Source: Albugo candida
Taxonomy: Eukaryota
DNA: 64,000 nt
Assembly (NCBI GenBank): GCA_040437565.1
Contig: JBDOQK010000007.1
Coordinates: 248,001-312,000, forward strand
Direction of reading: 5' to 3'
In this document: one piece after another, positions 25,504-36,165 of the stretch
Layout: every line of letters starts with the position of its first letter
Position numbering within the stretch: position 1 is the stretch's first letter
The notes under the pieces: model-generated
Told to the model about the DNA's origin: nothing
Database searches by the model: none
The model's input: the letters and a program-made list of their open reading frames with translations, nothing else
Position numbers and translations under genes: made by a program

Positions 25504-27432
25504 ATGTCTTCCGAAAGAAGCGAGCAATTTGTTGCACCTACGCGTCTGAGCGAAGAACGTTGCATCGAACCTGAGTCATTCACTTCTCAGGACTCTAACA
25601 ATGCTCACTCGGTTCGTCCCTTTCATTCCATTTTTTACACTAAAAAGACTTGTTAATTTGACTGCTTCAAGTGTTGCATTTGTCATGAGGTCGTGCTAGC
25701 TCAACAAGGCTCACTGCCTTCTTGTGATCATATCTTTCACTTTGATTGCATAATGACATGGTCGAAAGTAACAAATCTATGCCCGTTATGTAAACAAAAA
25801 TTTAATCACATTACTGAGCGCGGAAATGCAGAAACTTTAGTGCACACACACGAGATACAAGATTGTAAACAAGTGTATGTACCCGAAGTTTCGTCCGATG
25901 AATTATTGGCGACGCAGTTACAGTTAGCTAATGATATTCGATGTGAGATTTGTGGGCGAGGAGATGATGAAGGTGTGTTGTTAGTCTGTGAGGCAGACGG
26001 ATGTCAGTTGGCAAACCACACGTACTGTATCGAGCTTGGAGCAGTTCCAGAAAGCGCTTGGTATTGTAGGCATCATCAACATGTGAGGGGTCAGCGTGCG
26101 AGTGATGCAATTGTACGACCTGCTGCAACAGTTTTGGCTCGAAGACGAACGCGGAGGTTTGCAACGTTGATGTCGAGATTTCTACAAGAAAGAGCATCCA
26201 ACAGAGATCAGAATTATGGGGTTCCCATACCCCAGAGAAGAAGTCAGGTTTCAAATCGATTGGCTGCCAACTACATCAATCGTATGTCCTTGGAACTCCA
26301 GCAAGTACAAAGGAGAGCTGAAAGAGCACGTCCTCTAGCGGGCGCGACTTTAAATCGCACTATGCGAGTACCAAGAAGAGTCCATGCAGCAAGAGAGACT
26401 AGTGGAGATGTGATCTCAACTCAGACCCCAAGAGAACCTTCAGTGAGGCAGTCCGATGTATTTTCTGCGGTAGTTGTGCGGCGGTACCGCGAGCTGGAAA
26501 AACTAATGACTGATGCGGTCAATAAAGATAACTATGCGTCAACAGTCTCACTCAACATACCAAAGACTGCTCGATTACGGCTTATATCGAGAGTAAAAGA
26601 TTTTTTTACGGCTCTTACGTTAGCAGAGAAGCGTATGGTTGTGAAATGTGGTGCTTTGGTCGCTCTGTTTTCTTGGATTCGCATCGCGACGAACGAGTCC
26701 AATGTTACGAGGACAGAAAATGCCCACCCTCAAGTTTTGGATGGGATTTTGAGCGTGATGGCAATCCTACCCATCGAGAAAGAGGATTTTGATGAGGTAC
26801 TGATATCCAATATCGTGCTCATGCTCTAAGACTTTATCATTAGGTAACTGGATTGCATTTTGCGATGTCTAAAATTGCGGACGACACAAACGCGAATTTG
26901 TCCATCCGATCCAAAGCAAGTGAGCTACGTGATGCGTACCAGAGTTTTAATCCACCCGAGAGAGCTATCATAACAGACACTGTCGTTCCAATTCCCCGTA
27001 TTTCAGACATAACTTCGACTCCGGAGGCATTACCTCCACTACCGTCGATCAAGCGATTTTTACCATCCGCGACACCAAATAGCGCCAAACGAATCAAAAC
27101 AAAGCAGTAAGCCATGATCCATAACTGCTGCAAGTTTGGACTAATCGCATATGATTGACAGAATCGTGAAGGATCCAAGCCAAAGTGCTGCAGAATATGT
27201 AAAAAGAAAATTGTATCCCTATTACAAAGAGAACAATCATAAACTATCCAAAGAACGCTACAAGACAATAGTAAGAAAAACAACAAAGACATTCATCTCC
27301 GAGTTGGAATCAGCAAAGCAAAACACCGAAAGTATGATAGCGTATGATGGACAACTGGTGCAGTCGGCAAAAGCGAGATTGAAAACGTTGTTGAACAGGG
27401 TCTTCCACGATGAAATGAGATCTCAAGTTTAG
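25504..27432 (+). CDS. RING + PHD protein with TFIIS-N-like bundle and PHRF1/SCAF11-like C-terminal domain
   Basis: RING 'CDHIFHFDCIMTWSKVTNLCPLCK'; PHD 'CEICG..LLVCE..C..HTYC..WYC'; 'LFSWI..ILSVMAILPI..RSKASEL'; 'VKRKLYPYYKE..KERYKTIVRK'. Confidence 0.8.
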
Positions 27433-27779
27433 CAGAAAGTATCTGCCAGTGCAACGCACTATGTACTTATTTTTTATAAGCGGAGTAGAAAAAAATAGCA
27501 TGTGGATAGAAATCACCGTAGGAGAACAAATGCAATCTTAACAATTACGCCTGACCGGACGCATACATGCAAGCTTAACGTGCTTGTATATCCTCATACC
27601 ATGATGCATTCAGCGACATCGTCTCCAAGCTCTCATACAGCACTTAAGCTTTAGAGCAGATACTACTTTTTGTTTCCCTTTGCTGCAGTTAGTTCATTCA
27701 GTGTTATCTAATATGCCAGCAGTTAAGTGGTAAAACAACGATATGATTCATTCCAACGGAAATCAAGCTGCTGATCTCA

Positions 27780-30257
27780 ATGAGAGAGACAAAATGGATG
27801 CGAAAAACGGAAACAACACATCAGAGGTAGTGTGTATTCTGTCACGATAGTCTCTCTTCATAAAAAATCACACGTAGAAGGCCACAACGATCACGCATCC
27901 AGCAGAAATAGTTGAAAAATTCAAACGAGTTCATCAATTGGAACGTGCAAAGTTATCGCTGGAATCATATCGTGATGATCCTGTCAACAAGCGAGCAAAG
28001 AAAAGCGGAAATGTTACAAATACGAAGAAGTTGTTACGCTGGCCAAAGACACAATGGCAGTCTTTCGAGAGGATTCCCCAGTATGCAAGAAAAATACCGT
28101 CGGGAATATGTTCTATCTTACCTATTCGTTGCCCTTTATCATCCGTGTATGTCAATGATACTGGCGACGCTGTCTCATTGCTCAGTCATTAACTGCTTTT
28201 TTAGGTATGAAATACATTATCAAAAGGGAATTGCATCCAACTATTCACCCTCAGCACTGATGGAACGGTTTCTTGACGATGCCAAAAATGGTTCAAGCTT
28301 GAATAATCTCGGTCTGGTCATTGATGCGACCGGATGTGATACTTTTCTCCATGACGCAAAGTAGGATTTTGCATCACCAATTGACGAATGAGTCTCTTTA
28401 TACCGTGGCTGATCTCAAGGGAATGGGCAGACTGGGATGTGGAGTACAAAAAACTCAACGGATCTTTTGATCTGACAAGTACGTATAAATGAGGTCACGG
28501 GAGTTTCCTCCAGTCGACAATAACTGCTTTGCTACTATGTTAAAAGGTCCAGATGACGCGAAGAAGAGAGAAGAAGAAGAGACCGTTATGGTTAATGATT
28601 TTAGCGATGTACTCTCAAAGCATTGTGCTGGTGGAAAGAAAGAGTATGATGTTGCTGTATTCGGCTTATGGGGATACAATTTGGTGGGATTCCTCATCGT
28701 AAGGTGGAGATCTTTTATGCTACGAATCGCTGCATTGACTCCCTCATGTGCTACATTTTACAGCTGGATGATTGAGAAAATGAACACAGCGTTAGATGTG
28801 GCACTTCAGCAAATTGCGACTGCTTGTCCACCTGGAATATATTCCATGTATTATCTGAAGGTATATCTGTCGCTCTTTGCCCAAACAAATTTGTAACGCT
28901 GGAAACAGAGGTTGTATCGAAAATACTTCAACGTACTATCCGATCCAACGATCCGTATTGCGTGTGCAGCTAAACCAGAATGGGATACTGTGCTGAATGA
29001 AGACGTCTCTGATGCGGATTTACGAGCTGGTATTGGCCCCGAGATTTTAACTGCGAATGACCGAGAAACGGCTTTCGTTCAAAACAGTACAAATAGCGCA
29101 GAAAGAAGCAAGATTATGACTCCAGTCTCAGAGGCCTCATCTACAAGCTCATTGACAGTCCCAGCCTATAAGCCACCAGTGTACATTCCACCAAGCCATA
29201 CGCAAAAGAAGATCCAAAAACCTCGAAAGATTCGAACTTGGGTCGAGCAAGTCTCAAAATTAGGATTTGGCGAGCATTTGGATTCCGAAGGTGAAGAATA
29301 CAAGCAAGCTATAGCATCTTTGGCAGCACTTGCAGGTATTGCCGGATTTGCTGGCTGTGAGGTAATTGAAAACAAGCGCTGGACATATCTGATGTTTCAC
29401 GATACACTGATGATAGGCAATCTCACTAACGGCAACGCATATCGGCGAAGAGGCGTACAAGCAGCGCGGATGCCTGACAGTGGCTTACCTCGTCACGTGG
29501 CGGGCTCGAGGGTATGTAGAGCACCTTCACATCTTATCAGAGTCTTAATTGTGTCTTTATCAATTATGCAGTCGTCGATGTCTACTCTATTTGGCCGATG
29601 AAGCAACATACGTCGTCTCTCGAGACATGTCGTTGACAAAAGTCAATATGAAATTCCCTCGACGACGTGCTCCAGTAAGTGTTCTCTATGTGCGATCAGT
29701 TTTTAAGCTGACTGATTTGGCCCCTTTCAAGTCAGAATTTTTGACAAATACATTGGTTGACGGCGTCTTAGTCGAGGATCAAGATCATGGCCACAAAGTC
29801 TTGCGCTTTCTTGCTTTTGACATCATCGTAATGGAGGTAATTGAATTAACAGTCTTCACTTGTATCTTCTTACCTACACGACTAGGGAGCTCCAATATGG
29901 CAGCAGAAGCTCGAGAAACGATTACAATGTCTACAAAATGAAGTGATATTACCAAAGAAGAACGACAAAATAGATATCGCTCAAAAGGAACCATTTCGTA
30001 TTCGCATGAAGGATCATTTTCGTCTTAGCAAAACTGAATACTTATTGCAAAGCTTCGTTGAATGTGTGACTCATGAGGTGGACGGGCTGGTGTTCACACC
30101 CACTGAAGCAGCGTACAACTTGGGCGGCTACGAATGTAAAGATCCCGTCTACAAATTCATTTCCAGTGAAAGCGGAGGGTGTGGTATCCCAGGATTGGAC
30201 GGTAGTATCACGAAGCGGCGATTACTGGAATATATAAAGTCCATTCCAACGAAATAG
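27780..30257 (+). CDS. mRNA capping enzyme homologue (triphosphatase-like + guanylyltransferase-like), catalytic residues substituted
   Basis: TPase-like 'LGLVIDAT', 'AVFGLWGYNLVGFLIVSWM', 'PPGIY'; GTase-like 'YLVTWRARGRR', 'TLVDG', 'RFLAFDII', 'EPFRIRMK', 'HEVDGLVFTP'. Confidence 0.8.
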
Positions 30258-30325
30258 CCATAGAACAAGATGAATACGTGTAATCTTACATTTCGATTGG
30301 AATCAAATTTGAAGCGCTTACGAAA

Positions 30326-30754
30326 TTAACGATTTTCAGCTCGATAATGCTTTCGTCCATATCGGTGTATCCGTCGCGGGGAAGAGCTTTTCGGGCTGGG
30401 TCGGGATTCTGTTGAAGACTTGTCCTTCCTCGCTGCCGACGTGGCCTTAGCGCGTGGGCTGGAGGCACTCTCACTATCGTTATTTGGTTTAGAATGGTGC
30501 TTTGTGTTTGTAGAAGCCGAGACGAAAGCTCTGGTCTCGTTTTGTTTGTCAAAATGAGGAGATGAGCGCTTAAAGACTACCGGTGTTACACGTGACTCAT
30601 TGGTGTACATCGATTTATCGTCTTCGTCGTAACGAGCGTATACAAGGGGAGTGCAGTCGTGATCGAACCAGGCAGCCTGATGGTCGATTTCTTTCTTATT
30701 CAGCTCTCTATGACAGCCACAATAACGACGGCAGCATCCCGCCACACTTCCCAT
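30326..30754 (-). CDS. Small protein with N-terminal MG + Cys cluster (predicted dual acylation)
   Basis: MGSVAGCCRRYCGC followed by a Ser/Pro/basic tail; fills the space between two + strand genes. Confidence 0.55.
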   Translation of the reverse strand: MGSVAGCCRRYCGCHRELNKKEIDHQAAWFDHDCTPLVYARYDEDDKSMYTNESRVTPVVFKRSSPHFDKQNETRAFVSASTNTKHHSKPNNDSESASSPRAKATSAARKDKSSTESRPSPKSSSPRRIHRYGRKHYRAENR

Positions 30755-31098
30755 ACTTTACGCTCAATCAATGTGAGACTATTGATACGTTTATGCGGAT
30801 CTGTACCCTCGAGTCTATTTTGCTCGTACTCGACCCTTGCGGAAGAAGGCTGTAGACTTGACGTGATTATAGATTGCTATGTCGACCAACATGAAAGCGA
30901 AGGCACTTCACCGCTTGCGATAGTATCGCTGAGAGAACTTTTTTTATATAAGCCGCTGCTTTGATATGTATCAATTGAAACGCTTGCCTATCACTGAGAC
31001 GATGATAATAGATGCATGTGGAATACACCTCTCATCATCGCGTGTTCGCCGTCCGATATTGACAGTTGTTGCTTGTCTATAAATAAGGTTGCAGGCAT

Positions 31099-33163
31099 CA
31101 TGAGAATCCCTGAGATTGTAGAACAAGATGGGCTCGTAGCGAATCTATTTCACTATCTTTGGAGCAAAGACGACGCTGGTAATGGACCACGGGTGAATCT
31201 TCCGCATACTATTCTATACGCTTCAGGACAACCACTTTCGTGGTATTTCACTTCCTTGAAAACCGGAAGAGTAAAGCGAAAACATTCTGCTCACATGACC
31301 GACGCACATATTGAGCGTTCATTTTTGAAAGATAAGAAATCGGCAAGTGATATCGTTGCCTACTACATTTACACCCTTCACCATGAAGACAATAAAGCCC
31401 ATACTCTCGCATCACATGTTTCAGACTCAGTTCATGACGACAGTAGTTCGATTCAGCCAGCAACGATCGAGTACTTTGACACTTCGGGTCTGCGCGATTT
31501 CTTTAAGCGATGCGAGGAAGGTAGGAATCATTCGGGGGTTCTTCAAAGGTTTATCACACCCAAAACCAACCATAATTCTGGTATTCGAGCAATCTGGTCG
31601 CCTCGGATATGTCTCGTTGATCGTCGTACGAATCGATACAAATTTAATGACTCAAAGTATTCCGTGTATGAACGTGCTGTCACCTTTGACGGCCCGGAAA
31701 GTTTCTCCCGTCATGATCCTGTGCGTGGAACTCTGCTTGCCGGAGAGGTGCAATTTATATGTGAAGAGATTGCGGAACACTTGAATCGAGTCGGCTACAA
31801 AGAGAGGAGTATTTCTACTTTGGTTGTTCATTTGAAATTAGACAGTAAGGAGCGATTGTGGCTTCAGTGGTGTTCGTCCTTGCGAACGATAATGAAAACA
31901 GGGGATTCTCACGGGAATGTTCGCACGCTGAGAGGTACTGCTTCAGCGCCGCAATTGACGAAAGCTCGACCAGTCGACCTTACCACAGATCCAAAGGTTC
32001 CTGCGCACATGCTTCAAGCGGGAGCTTTGAGACGCATGCAGCCTAGTCATTCTCTTATCTCCCTAGCTTTGATACCAGAAAAAGGATTTGGCGACTTGAC
32101 GGCTTGTCCAAGCTGCGGGAACATGGTGGATAGAAATCGTATGGCCTCTACAACATACAGAAATATCATTCAGCACTATCAAAAGTTCCTGATGTATGCA
32201 CGTCTGCATTCGAGTTCCAGCTCGTCCTTTTTGCTCAAATGGCCTCCAGAGCATCAGCTTGTTCAAGCTGCTGGCGGCATTGGATTTGGGATCTTACCAG
32301 CCCTGATGGAGATGCGAAAATCTGCACATATGAATGCCATCGCGCATCACGATTCAAGCAGAGAAGTAAGCAATTTGACTCCAAAATCGACCCGATGCAC
32401 TGTGGGGCTATACTCGGAGCGAGATTGGATGATTCCACCGGTTCTGCAGCATTTACATCCTTCATGGACTATGGAGGACTACGAACGATACCGCCACGAC
32501 CCAATGTGCATGCAAAAACTTATCGCTGTCTGCGAAACTTGCTGCCTGACGTATTTTGACTACGCAACCAATGCCTTGGAGCTCAACAACTCTCTTCACA
32601 CAGAGACACCGATCACATTGCGACCCCGCGAAAATGTAGACTTGCTGTATCCGATGAATCGGAAGATGTGCTCAAAGGCGAAGAAAAGGCTTTTTCCGAT
32701 ACCTCAGAGAAAACTTGGAGTAGGACGACATTGTCAGCAGAGTTTATCTACAAGTCGTAAAGCTGCGAATAAGGAATCCTGGAAACCAATTCCAGCCCCA
32801 GCAAAAAATCCACAAAGCCAGGTAGGTGGACCATCGACTCTGGAAGGGACTACCCAGCGAGAGTTTTCATCACGCGCGGATGGAGCGATCATATCCTCCA
32901 CGAGCATATACGCCCAAACGGTGGTATTTCCTCCGACAGAAGATGATTGCTTCGACTTGCTCGAAGACATGGCTGAGGATTTTTTACCGGCTACGCTCGC
33001 GAGATGCAACATGATGGAAGCTGATCTGCTTTTCAATAAATTTGTCGACATGAAATCGTCAAGCAGTCAGATACGCGAACAATTGGAAGCCGTGAAGGAT
33101 AGCTCATCCAATGCAAATATTTCAAATACATACAAAAAAGTTAGGCATAAAAGAGAACGATGA
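31099..33163 (+). CDS. Uncharacterised ~690-aa intronless protein, possible ATP-grasp-like N-terminal domain
   Basis: Long ORF (31016-33163); globular N-terminal region with 'GVLQRFITPK', 'LKLDSKERLWLQWC'; CPSC and CETC pairs. Confidence 0.7.
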
Positions 33164-33279
33164 CTCTACCAGATTTCTCTCGATATACAAGTGACGAACA
33201 GCACCTCTGCACGTGATTGATCCATGCTTCCAGCAAAATACGTATCCAAGGTAGATGGACGGAGCTGGTATCTACCATG

Positions 33280-33998
33280 TTACATTTTCATCTCTACAAA
33301 ATGAAGCCAAGTTTGGTGGTTTCGATCGTAATAGTCTCTCACAAACTTACTCTCGACGTCTGCTTTGCGTTGAGTGACTTTATGATAGTCATGTTGTAAG
33401 ATGATGATTTTCTGTCGAGTCTGACGCAGTACAAGTTGCAGTCGTTGATGCTCTTCTTCCCTTTTCTTTTCTTCTTTCACAACTTCAACTTGCTCCGCTA
33501 CAAAGCTATCAGCTTTCATCGTAATGTTTTGCCGTCAAATCAGACCTCGAATTCGTTCCAAATCTGCTTTCGCTCTTTGCAATGCTTTCTGCATCGCGCT
33601 ATTTTTTCCACCAATTTCAAGAAGGCGTTTTTGAGCCAAAATGTTTGCAGACACCGCATCTGTTTCTGCTCTATCTACCAGTTCCTCATCCAGACTCAGT
33701 TCCTTCTTTCGAACATGAAGGCCACATGCTTGTACTGTTAATTCTTCGACTGTATTTGATGCTTTTGCTACGTATTCTTTCCACTTTTTCAGTTCAGTGT
33801 TGCATCCCTCAATTTCTTTCTCCGTTTCTTGTACATACGATCGCATCTTGCAATGCCGAGTATTGACAGCTATAAATATGCCACAATCAGAGATTGTGAG
33901 TCTGTAGCGATGTTACACGAATAGCGCCATGTAGAAGCGATAAAGAGTCATCTATTTATCGATAAAATCTATCACGAGATATTCTGTTGCGCTTCCAT
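33280..33998 (-). CDS. Hypothetical coiled-coil protein, multi-exon
   Basis: Adjacent E/K/L-rich heptad ORFs 33535-33846 and 33280-33519; start approximate. Confidence 0.55.
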
Positions 33999-34038
33999 TT
34001 CGACCAATGATTCTTTACACTGCTTTCAATTCCCGAAT

Positions 34039-36115
34039 ATGACTTTCACACTTTTGAACGCATTTGATTCACGTGTACACAATTTGATAGAACAAGCACT
34101 TGGTGATCGTCTTCCATTTCCATCGTATGAAGTGCCCCAAAGTAAGATCAAAAGTACTCATCAGTCGAGCAAGTACGCGCATGAAAGTCGGTCTTTCGAG
34201 GCTTTAAATCCTTCAGAGTGCTTTTGTACGTAACGAATATGCACATTGACTCGTACTCTGTCGTAATTATGTACAAGTGCTCAGCGCAAAGGAATCGCAG
34301 GGAATTCTTATTCGGTCCGATTTTGTCGTGACCGATTTGGCCAAATGCGTATACAATGGCATCCGCTCCACAACTTACGTTGACGATTCAGTGTATCGCA
34401 CTGCCAACATTGGACATGGGCAACGCTCGAGAACGGACCTTAATGCGCGCGGTGATCGCATTCATTGGATTGCTACGCAGAATCACTCCTATTTTCCAGC
34501 TCTGCTGCAGTTGCTGGACGCAATTCGATCGCTGATTTTAGGTACGCGCGGAACGTATAGAGGTCAGCATTGAGCTCATTTTCCTTGTAAGATAACTCTT
34601 TGCTTGTCGAAAAATTCCAACTCGTCAAAGATCGTACCTCTTCACAAATCGCCATCTTTGTATGGAGCTATAGAGTAGCTGATACACGCAAGTACTTATA
34701 TGACGTTATTTTGTGTTCAAGGACGATGGGAGTCGATTCGTACGCCATACGGATGTATGTCATGTGGACCAAGCGACGGAGTTGAATCCTCTTGTACGAA
34801 AAATCACCTGTGTTTATTACGTAAATGCCGTATGGAACCCAGACGATGGAGGATGTTTGCGGCTTTATTACCAAGACAAGTACAGCCTGAGCGAGAAAGC
34901 GTGGGATATAGCTCCAGAGTTGAATACATTAGTGATTTTTCGGAGTGAGGATGTAGAACATGAAGTCTTGCCAACATCGAAGGATCGACTTGCAATCACG
35001 ACGTGGTTTTATGGGCTGAAAGATCCGATTTTGGAGAAAACCTCTCAGACTCCGACAATCTTTGTTGGGATTCCATCGTATCGCGATCCCGAATGCTCCA
35101 AAACAGTCGATGATTTACTGCAAAAGGCAGCTTCCCCGGAAAGTATTTATATTGGTATTTGTATGCAATGCGAGGAAGCCGCACCCGAATATCGCTACCT
35201 TGCTGGGGAGAAATTCAGAGGCCGAGTCCGTATCGACTGGATGGATTACAAAGATGCTGCAGGCCCATGCATTGCTCGACATCGTGTGCAAGCTTTGTGG
35301 AATAAAGAGCAATATTACTTACAAATAGATAGTCACATGCGCTTTGCCGAAAGATGGGATGAATTTCTGCTGGAAGAGTTAGCGAAATGTCCGTCAGAAA
35401 AAGCGATATTGACGTCCTATCCTCCAGAATATCATCTTTCAGCTTATAAAGGCGACGCTCACCCTCACGCTTGCGATGATGGCCAACTTATTTCGCCGAT
35501 CACAAAACCAACGCTTTTATGTGCTTCACATTTCGATGGTAGTGGGATGTTGCGTCAGACGGGAAGACTAGTCCAAAAACCTCACAACGGGTAAGCGACT
35601 TGACTTTTGTATTGATGAAATGACGTATTTGTCCTGGCAGCCCGATCCCGTCTTCATTTTGGGCGGCTGGATTTGCTTTTTCCTCAGCAGCAGTGATTGA
35701 AGAAATCCCATATGATCCTTTCATGCAATTTCTTTTCTTTGGGGAAGAAATTGCAATGGGCAGTCGACTTTGGACGTGGGGTTGGGATTTCTTTGCACCG
35801 ACGAAGAGTGTCATATACCATCGCTGGTCGAGGGCCTATCGGCCTGTGTTTCAAGACTTGGAAGATACACAGACTGGGCGTTATCGTGTAAAGTCACAAG
35901 CTCGAACCCGTTCTTTGATGCAGGGAAAGCTGACTGGGAAATATGCGCTTGGACACGAGCGATCATTTGAAGCATACGAAGCACTCATTGGAGTGAATAT
36001 GGAAACGAAAAAGATCGAGCAGAGAAGTCTTTGGGGCAATCTGGATCCTCGAGAATTCATTGACACATCCGCAGAAGATCGAAGCGATACTGATGCAAGG
36101 AATCAGCACGAATGA
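34039..36115 (+). CDS. Fusion of PHD/EglN-type prolyl 4-hydroxylase and Skp1-hydroxyproline GlcNAc transferase (PhyA-Gnt1-like)
   Basis: 2OG-Fe(II) motifs 'RGDRIHWI', 'FVRHTD', 'RKITCVYYVN..GGCLRLY', 'HEVLPT..RLAITTWF' run in one exon into Gnt1-like 'TIFVGIPSYRDPEC', 'GPCIAR', 'YLQIDSHMRF', 'FWAAGFAF', 'LFFGEE..RLWTWGWDFFAP'. Confidence 0.92.
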
Positions 36116-36165
36116 GAAGTAACATGCGGGTTGACTGAAAACGAGCTTTACTTTGGAAATTGACG

